Origin: Candidatus Poribacteria bacterium
GTDB lineage: Bacteria > Poribacteria > WGA-4E > WGA-3G
Length of the DNA: 64,000 bases
Direction of reading: 5' to 3'
Assembly: GCA_965198235.1 (NCBI GenBank)
Contig: OZ240248.1
Coordinates: 3,712,001 to 3,776,000, forward strand
Of this stretch, positions 59,142 through 64,000 are shown piece after piece. The position numbers and the translations under genes were made by a program. The notes beneath the pieces are model-generated. The model worked only from the letters and a program-made list of their open reading frames with translations, had not been told where the DNA came from and ran no database searches. Positions within the stretch are counted from its first letter, which is position 1; each line of letters starts with the position of its first letter.

Positions 59142-61046
59142 TTAAAAATACGATTCTGAGCGTTTCTGAAGGGTGTACACAACCGCAACGAGTGCTATTG
59201 CTATGACGAATGTCCAGATATTATAGACGTATGCCAGGAACGCCGCAAGCGCAAGCAATATCCACTCATACCAGTGCATCTTACGGACGAAAAAGCCCAT
59301 TGTTACAATGGAGAAGATAACTGTGCCGACGACAGCCGATACCACAGATAGTGCGTAGGAAAAGAAAGTGCCTCCTGTGAACAGGATGTGGGTATACGCA
59401 AACAGCAGCGGCATGATATAGAGAAGTTTGGAAAACTTGAAGCATGCCCACCCTGTTTTCCATGGGTCGGCACGGGCGATAGCTGCAGCTGCGTAAGCTC
59501 CCAAGGCGACCGGCGGCGTGATGTTCGAGTCTTGACTCAGCCAGAAGATAATGAGATGTGCCGCAATAATCGGTATGCCCATCTCAGGAGTTGTCAGGAT
59601 CGGCACAGCGAGTTCAGAGGTAATCAGATAGGCGGCGGTCACAGGAATTCCCATACCCAGAACTAAAGATGCCGCCGCGAGAAGCATAATTGCGATAACT
59701 CGGCTATCATCCGCAATTGACAACACTAAATCCGGGAATATCCTTCCTAAGCCAGTCAGATCTATGATGGCGACGATGATACCGATAGTGCCAACAGCAC
59801 CGCCAATAGCGAGCGAATTCTTGGCACCGGTCACCATCGCTTCCCAGATACGTTTCGGTGTGAGTCGTGTCTCTTGTTGGAAATAACTCACCGCGATTGT
59901 GACGAGAATCGAGAAAAATGCCGCCTTGTAAGCGGTGTATCCAGCGATTAAGATACCGACAAGCGTAAGCAACGGCAGTAAGTAATACCAACCACTTTTA
60001 AGGAGGGGTAAAAGTTTCGGAATTTCTGCGTCTGGTATCCGTTCTATTCCGTGCTTTTTCGCTTCAAAATGCACCATCACCCCGACGGATAGGAAGTAGA
60101 GGATCGCTGGCACGATGGATAAGAGCGCAATTTTACTGTACGGTAAACCTGTCCGTTCTGCCATCAGAAACGCCCCTGCCCCCATCACGGGTGGTAGAAA
60201 TTGCCCGCCTACGGAGGCGGAAGCCTCGACTGCCCCAGCGATGTGCGGACGAAAACCCGTCCGTTTCATCAACGGTATGGTGAACGTTCCGGTAGCGACT
60301 GTGTTTGCAATTGCACTTCCCGCGACAGAGCCAAAAAAACCAGAGGTCATAACTGAAACTTTCGCCGCTCCGCCAGTTGAACGTCCTGCTATCGACATCG
60401 GTAGGTTGATAAAGAATTGACCGACCCCCGATTTTTCCAGAAAAGCTCCGAAGAAGATAAAGAGAATCACGTACGTCGCCATCACGTTTGCCATGATGCC
60501 GAAGACCCCGGCTTGACTGAAAAAACAGTATTCGATAATCCTGCGAAGCGTAAGCCCACGGTGTGAGATGATATCCGGCAAAGAGCGACCGAAAAGGGCA
60601 TATAGGATACCGATCACAGCAATGATGGGCAGTGCCCAACCGACTGTCCGACGGCTCACTTCAAAACTAATCAGAATCGCGACCGCGCCTACGAAAATAT
60701 CGAGTTGACTGTAATTGCCTGCCCGATTGGCGAGATTCGGGTACTCTACAATCCAGTAGCCGATGGTGAAGATGCTGAGGACAATCATGCCCAGGTCTAT
60801 GAATGATGGACGGGAGGCTGCGGAGTTCTTCCGACATCGGTAAAAGATGCCGATCAGTGCGAAGGTCAGCAGGAGATAGAAACCGAGATGGAATTGCTCA
60901 CTGGCGCTCCCAAACCCCGCGCTGTAGATATAAAAGAGGACGAGGGCAGCTGCACTGAGTTCAAAAATCCATTTATATACTTTTTCTAATTCAGTCCGTT
61001 GTGTGGTTTCAAAGCCAGCAACTTCTTTTGTTTCAGTCTGTGTCAT
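59142..61046 (-). CDS. TRAP transporter fused 4TM/12TM permease (TAXI type)
   Basis: GSAIAN...TGTFTIPLMK, PPVMGAGAFLMAE, GMGIP, ITPPVAL. Confidence 0.94.
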   Translation of the reverse strand: MTQTETKEVAGFETTQRTELEKVYKWIFELSAAALVLFYIYSAGFGSASEQFHLGFYLLLTFALIGIFYRCRKNSAASRPSFIDLGMIVLSIFTIGYWIVEYPNLANRAGNYSQLDIFVGAVAILISFEVSRRTVGWALPIIAVIGILYALFGRSLPDIISHRGLTLRRIIEYCFFSQAGVFGIMANVMATYVILFIFFGAFLEKSGVGQFFINLPMSIAGRSTGGAAKVSVMTSGFFGSVAGSAIANTVATGTFTIPLMKRTGFRPHIAGAVEASASVGGQFLPPVMGAGAFLMAERTGLPYSKIALLSIVPAILYFLSVGVMVHFEAKKHGIERIPDAEIPKLLPLLKSGWYYLLPLLTLVGILIAGYTAYKAAFFSILVTIAVSYFQQETRLTPKRIWEAMVTGAKNSLAIGGAVGTIGIIVAIIDLTGLGRIFPDLVLSIADDSRVIAIMLLAAASLVLGMGIPVTAAYLITSELAVPILTTPEMGIPIIAAHLIIFWLSQDSNITPPVALGAYAAAAIARADPWKTGWACFKFSKLLYIMPLLFAYTHILFTGGTFFSYALSVVSAVVGTVIFSIVTMGFFVRKMHWYEWILLALAAFLAYVYNIWTFVIAIALVAVVYTLQKRSESYF

Positions 61047-61228
61047 TTTTCCTCCGCTGTGAGTAATCCCTTTAATAATTCTACATCAAATTGGCGCAGA
61101 AGGCAAACAGTTTTCAACGTATACTTTACATCCGTTGGTTTGTGGTAGGACAATTTATTGCCGTTACACCTTTAGAATGTGCGATGAATCGCACGACTAC
61201 GAACACATTCGCTCATTGAACGTGGTGC

Positions 61229-61257
61229 TTGCCAAGAAAAGGCAGTTGTGATAGAAT
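61229..61257 (+). promoter_or_regulatory. Sigma70-type promoter
   Basis: TTGCCA-17-TAGAAT with TG extension, then GGAGG RBS. Confidence 0.55.
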
Positions 61258-61293
61258 AGCGGTACGTCAACTGACTCAGGGAGGAGATACGAA

Positions 61294-62346
61294 ATGGCAA
61301 TAGGATTGGGCGTTATTGGGATGAACCCCACGAATATGGGGTCAACTGCGACACTGTTAAAAGATGTACCGGACCTGAAATATGAACTCCGTGGTATCTG
61401 CGCGAAACGGGCAGATGTGCTTAAGAACTACGCCAGCCAAATCGGCGTGGATTTTTGGACGACAGATTACCGAGAATTGGTGCAGCGCGAAGATATTTCT
61501 GTCATCGCTATCTATTCCCCGGACCACCTGCACGCCGAACATTGCGTCGCGGCGATAGAAGCTGGGAAACATGTCATTTGCACAAAACCGATGGTGACGA
61601 CATTAGCCGATGCGCAACAGTTGGTAGATCTGGTGCGCGAACACAAGGTCAAATTCCTCGTGGGGCAGACGATGCGGTTTGACCTCCAGTTTTTGACGAT
61701 GAAACGGCTCTTTGACGATAGCGATTTAGGCGACATCATGGTGGCAGATGCCTATTATGTCCACGACATGCGCGAGGTTTACGATTTTACACCGTGGCGA
61801 CTCCATGAGCCACAAGATTTGATGTTCGGCGGTGTTGTACACCCGGTTGACATATTGCGCTGTCTTCTCGGTGATGTCGATGAGGTACATGCCTACGGCA
61901 CTAAAGGCACACTCACGCCGGAATACCCGATAAAGAACAATTTCTTTCTCAATCTGAAGTTTAAGAGTGGACAGATTGCGAGAGCGATGGGGCTTTACGA
62001 TATCGTCCATCCCCCGATGCCGATGATGCAGCTCTCTGTTTTCGGAAGTAAAGGGACGATAATTGGGGACTTTACGGACAACAAAGAAGGACACATCAAG
62101 TTGATGCTCGATAAAATGTCCACCAGAGAACCCTTTGAAGTGACCTGTCCTCCTGAAATAGACACAAGCGTTTACGGACATGGACAAACGGTTATCCGAT
62201 ATATGCGCCATTTTCAGCAGTGTCTTGAGGAAGATTTAGAACCATCGCCGAACGTGATTGATGGTGCAAAGTCTATTGCTGTCGGTGTGGCAGCATGGGA
62301 ATCTATTGAGACGGGACAACCTGTGAAAGTATTCAACGAGTTTTAA
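61294..62346 (+). CDS. Gfo/Idh/MocA family oxidoreductase
   Basis: GLGVIG, PDHLH, GKHVICTKPM, HPVD. Confidence 0.92.
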   Translation: MAIGLGVIGMNPTNMGSTATLLKDVPDLKYELRGICAKRADVLKNYASQIGVDFWTTDYRELVQREDISVIAIYSPDHLHAEHCVAAIEAGKHVICTKPMVTTLADAQQLVDLVREHKVKFLVGQTMRFDLQFLTMKRLFDDSDLGDIMVADAYYVHDMREVYDFTPWRLHEPQDLMFGGVVHPVDILRCLLGDVDEVHAYGTKGTLTPEYPIKNNFFLNLKFKSGQIARAMGLYDIVHPPMPMMQLSVFGSKGTIIGDFTDNKEGHIKLMLDKMSTREPFEVTCPPEIDTSVYGHGQTVIRYMRHFQQCLEEDLEPSPNVIDGAKSIAVGVAAWESIETGQPVKVFNEF

Positions 62347-62543
62347 CAATGTCCCCCTTATAGGCGCGGTTTTCTAATTTTGCTTGCGCGTTGTCAAAGT
62401 GTTCTGGTAAAAGTGTTTTTTCGTCGTGTCCGCAGTCAACTGCTTCGCAGTGAGAATGACGGCTACGATTTTTGGCCAAAGTTTGTAGTCCCACGCAACG
62501 CGCCGGGACGGCTCAACGGAGAGGGATTCGACAATTCCAACCC

Positions 62544-62862
62544 ACCGCGCCGAACCGCAAGGAACATTAAAAAGTTTTCTTGACATTTTGTTTTGTATAA
62601 CATATAATTTAGGTATGCCTAAATTAATTTCTCAACGTTTCTAACAATTTTGGCATATAGTGCCTAAAACTGAATGGGTATAACGCCCATACATTTACTT
62701 ACCGCGCCGAACCGCAAGGAACATTAAAAAGTTTTCTTGACATTTTGTTTTGTATAACATATAATTTAGGTATGCCTAAATTAATTTCTCAACGTTTCTA
62801 ACAATTTTGGCACATAGTGCCTAAAACTGAATGGGTGTAACGCCCATACATTTACTTACCGC
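62544..62862 (+). repeat. 157-bp tandem duplication of promoter/operator
   Basis: Copies start at 62544 and 62701; two substitutions seen; ACCGC at the junctions. Confidence 0.95.
62580..62625 (+). promoter_or_regulatory. Consensus sigma70 promoter with overlapping DtxR/MntR-type operator (second copy 62737-62782)
   Basis: TTGACA-17-TATAAT followed by near-perfect palindrome AATTTAGGTATGCCTAAATT. Confidence 0.85.
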
Positions 62863-62912
62863 AGTGGGAAACTAAGCGCATTGTCTGTTCCCATTGCGGA
62901 TTGGAAAAAACA

Positions 62913-63572
62913 ATGCTTACACATGCAGCTGAGGATTACCTTAAGTCGATCTATAAATTGCAAGAGAAAGTCGGTAAAGTTTCGACCGGCATTTTGGCGG
63001 AATACCTCAATGTGAAGCCTGCGTCTGCCACTGGGATGATTAAAAAACTAAAGACGATGAAATTGGTGAGCCACGAGCGCTATCGGGGTGTTACGCTGAC
63101 GGATGCTGGAAAAGCAATCGCGCTCGAAATTATCCGGCACCATCGTTTGTTGGAACTTTATCTATTCAAGGCACTCGGTGTTCCGTGGGATGGTGTTCAC
63201 GAGGAAGCCGAGAAATTGGAGCATGTTATTTCGGAAGACGTGGAGGCACGGATGGACAAGTTTCTCGGCTACCCGACTGCCGATCCACACGGTTCCCCTA
63301 TACCCGATAAAAACGGCGTTGTAACAAAAACTGAGTCCGTTCCAATGACAGACTTGTGTAGTGGACAATCCTGCATTGTTGCTGAAGTCAGTGACACTGA
63401 TTCGGCGATGCTTCGGCATTTAGGAAGTTTCAATCTCTACCCGGGCACAGCGTTCCGAGTGATTGAGGTTGCTCCCTTTGAAGGTCCCTATACTATTGAC
63501 ATCGCTGGACAGCAGGTCGTTATTGGGCGTGAGGTTGCGAAACATATTTTTGTCGAGGATGTGGAGGAATAG
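62913..63572 (+). CDS. DtxR/MntR family metal-dependent repressor with FeoA domain
   Basis: EDYLKSIY, RHHRLLE, EAEKLEH, DPHGSPIP. Confidence 0.95.
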   Translation: MLTHAAEDYLKSIYKLQEKVGKVSTGILAEYLNVKPASATGMIKKLKTMKLVSHERYRGVTLTDAGKAIALEIIRHHRLLELYLFKALGVPWDGVHEEAEKLEHVISEDVEARMDKFLGYPTADPHGSPIPDKNGVVTKTESVPMTDLCSGQSCIVAEVSDTDSAMLRHLGSFNLYPGTAFRVIEVAPFEGPYTIDIAGQQVVIGREVAKHIFVEDVEE

Positions 63573-63757
63573 TTATCGGCTATCGGCTGTCGGCTATCGG
63601 TTAAGAGCTGTTTGTAACAATCTTCCCCAACTTGGAATACTCTAGGAAGTGGTGAATTGTTACATGAAACCTCTTAACCTTAACCATCAACTCGCCTCCG
63701 TTATAAATGTTAAAGCACGAGTTGATGGCTAAAACTGACAACTGACAACCGACAACG
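63573..63757. repeat. Heptamer-repeat-bounded MITE-like element
   Basis: (GCTATCG/GCTGTCG)n left, (ACTGACA/ACCGACA)n right in inverted orientation. Confidence 0.6.
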
Positions 63758-63764
63758 ATAAAAA

Positions 63765-64000
63765 ATGGAACAACAAAAACAGATTCGACCGGATAGAAAA
63801 ACAATCAAGGTATGGAAAAGCCATTTACAAGATGAAGTTGACGCGGGTTTCCTTTATAGTGTTTTCGCCGGTCTTGAATCCGATCCGAAGCGAAAGGACA
63901 TATTAAGTGGACTCGCCGGAGTGGAAAATCGGCATGTAATACGTTGGCGGGAGATGCTTGCTACCTACGATATAAAGGTTAAGAAGCAGCGGCCAACGTT
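63765..64000 (+). CDS. Ferritin-like N-terminus, probably VIT1/CCC1 Fe/Mn transporter (partial)
   Basis: MEQQKQ...LQDEVDAGFLY...LAGVENRH...W (ExxH); downstream of DtxR gene; runs off window. Confidence 0.7.
   Translation, partial: MEQQKQIRPDRKTIKVWKSHLQDEVDAGFLYSVFAGLESDPKRKDILSGLAGVENRHVIRWREMLATYDIKVKKQRPT

Noticed and set aside
62544-62862. Possible CRISPR array or ncRNA
   Set aside because: Two long adjacent copies with no unique spacers and no cas genes; explained by a promoter duplication

Overview
Ordinary-looking bacterial chromosomal segment (~50 CDS; no rRNA, tRNA or CRISPR seen). LamG proteins ending in a 'KLAT(T/A)W' motif, PhyH, Uma2, Rpn and Gfo/Idh/MocA genes point to Candidatus Poribacteria (inference). 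Best candidate for an undescribed system is the minus-strand phosphate operon at 5339-13259. It has a Pho-box promoter, pstS-pstC-pstA, a voltage-gated K+ channel, two PstB ATPases with complementary motif defects (predicted asymmetric heterodimer), then a degenerate PstA/pseudo-PstB pair before phoU. Other points: a LolA-like/YidD-like/TPR envelope module; an exported YdjY-acylphosphatase fusion; an Rpn gene with an internal RBS (RpnS-like antitoxin); a fused MNT-HEPN with an internal start; a deleted mazEF remnant; an IS3 with a 3-bp target duplication interrupting a PPDK-domain gene; a 157-bp duplicated promoter/DtxR operator; two ECF-like promoters; and mosaic intergenic repeats that supply RBSs and stop codons. 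All calls come from reading motifs by eye; no database searches were run.
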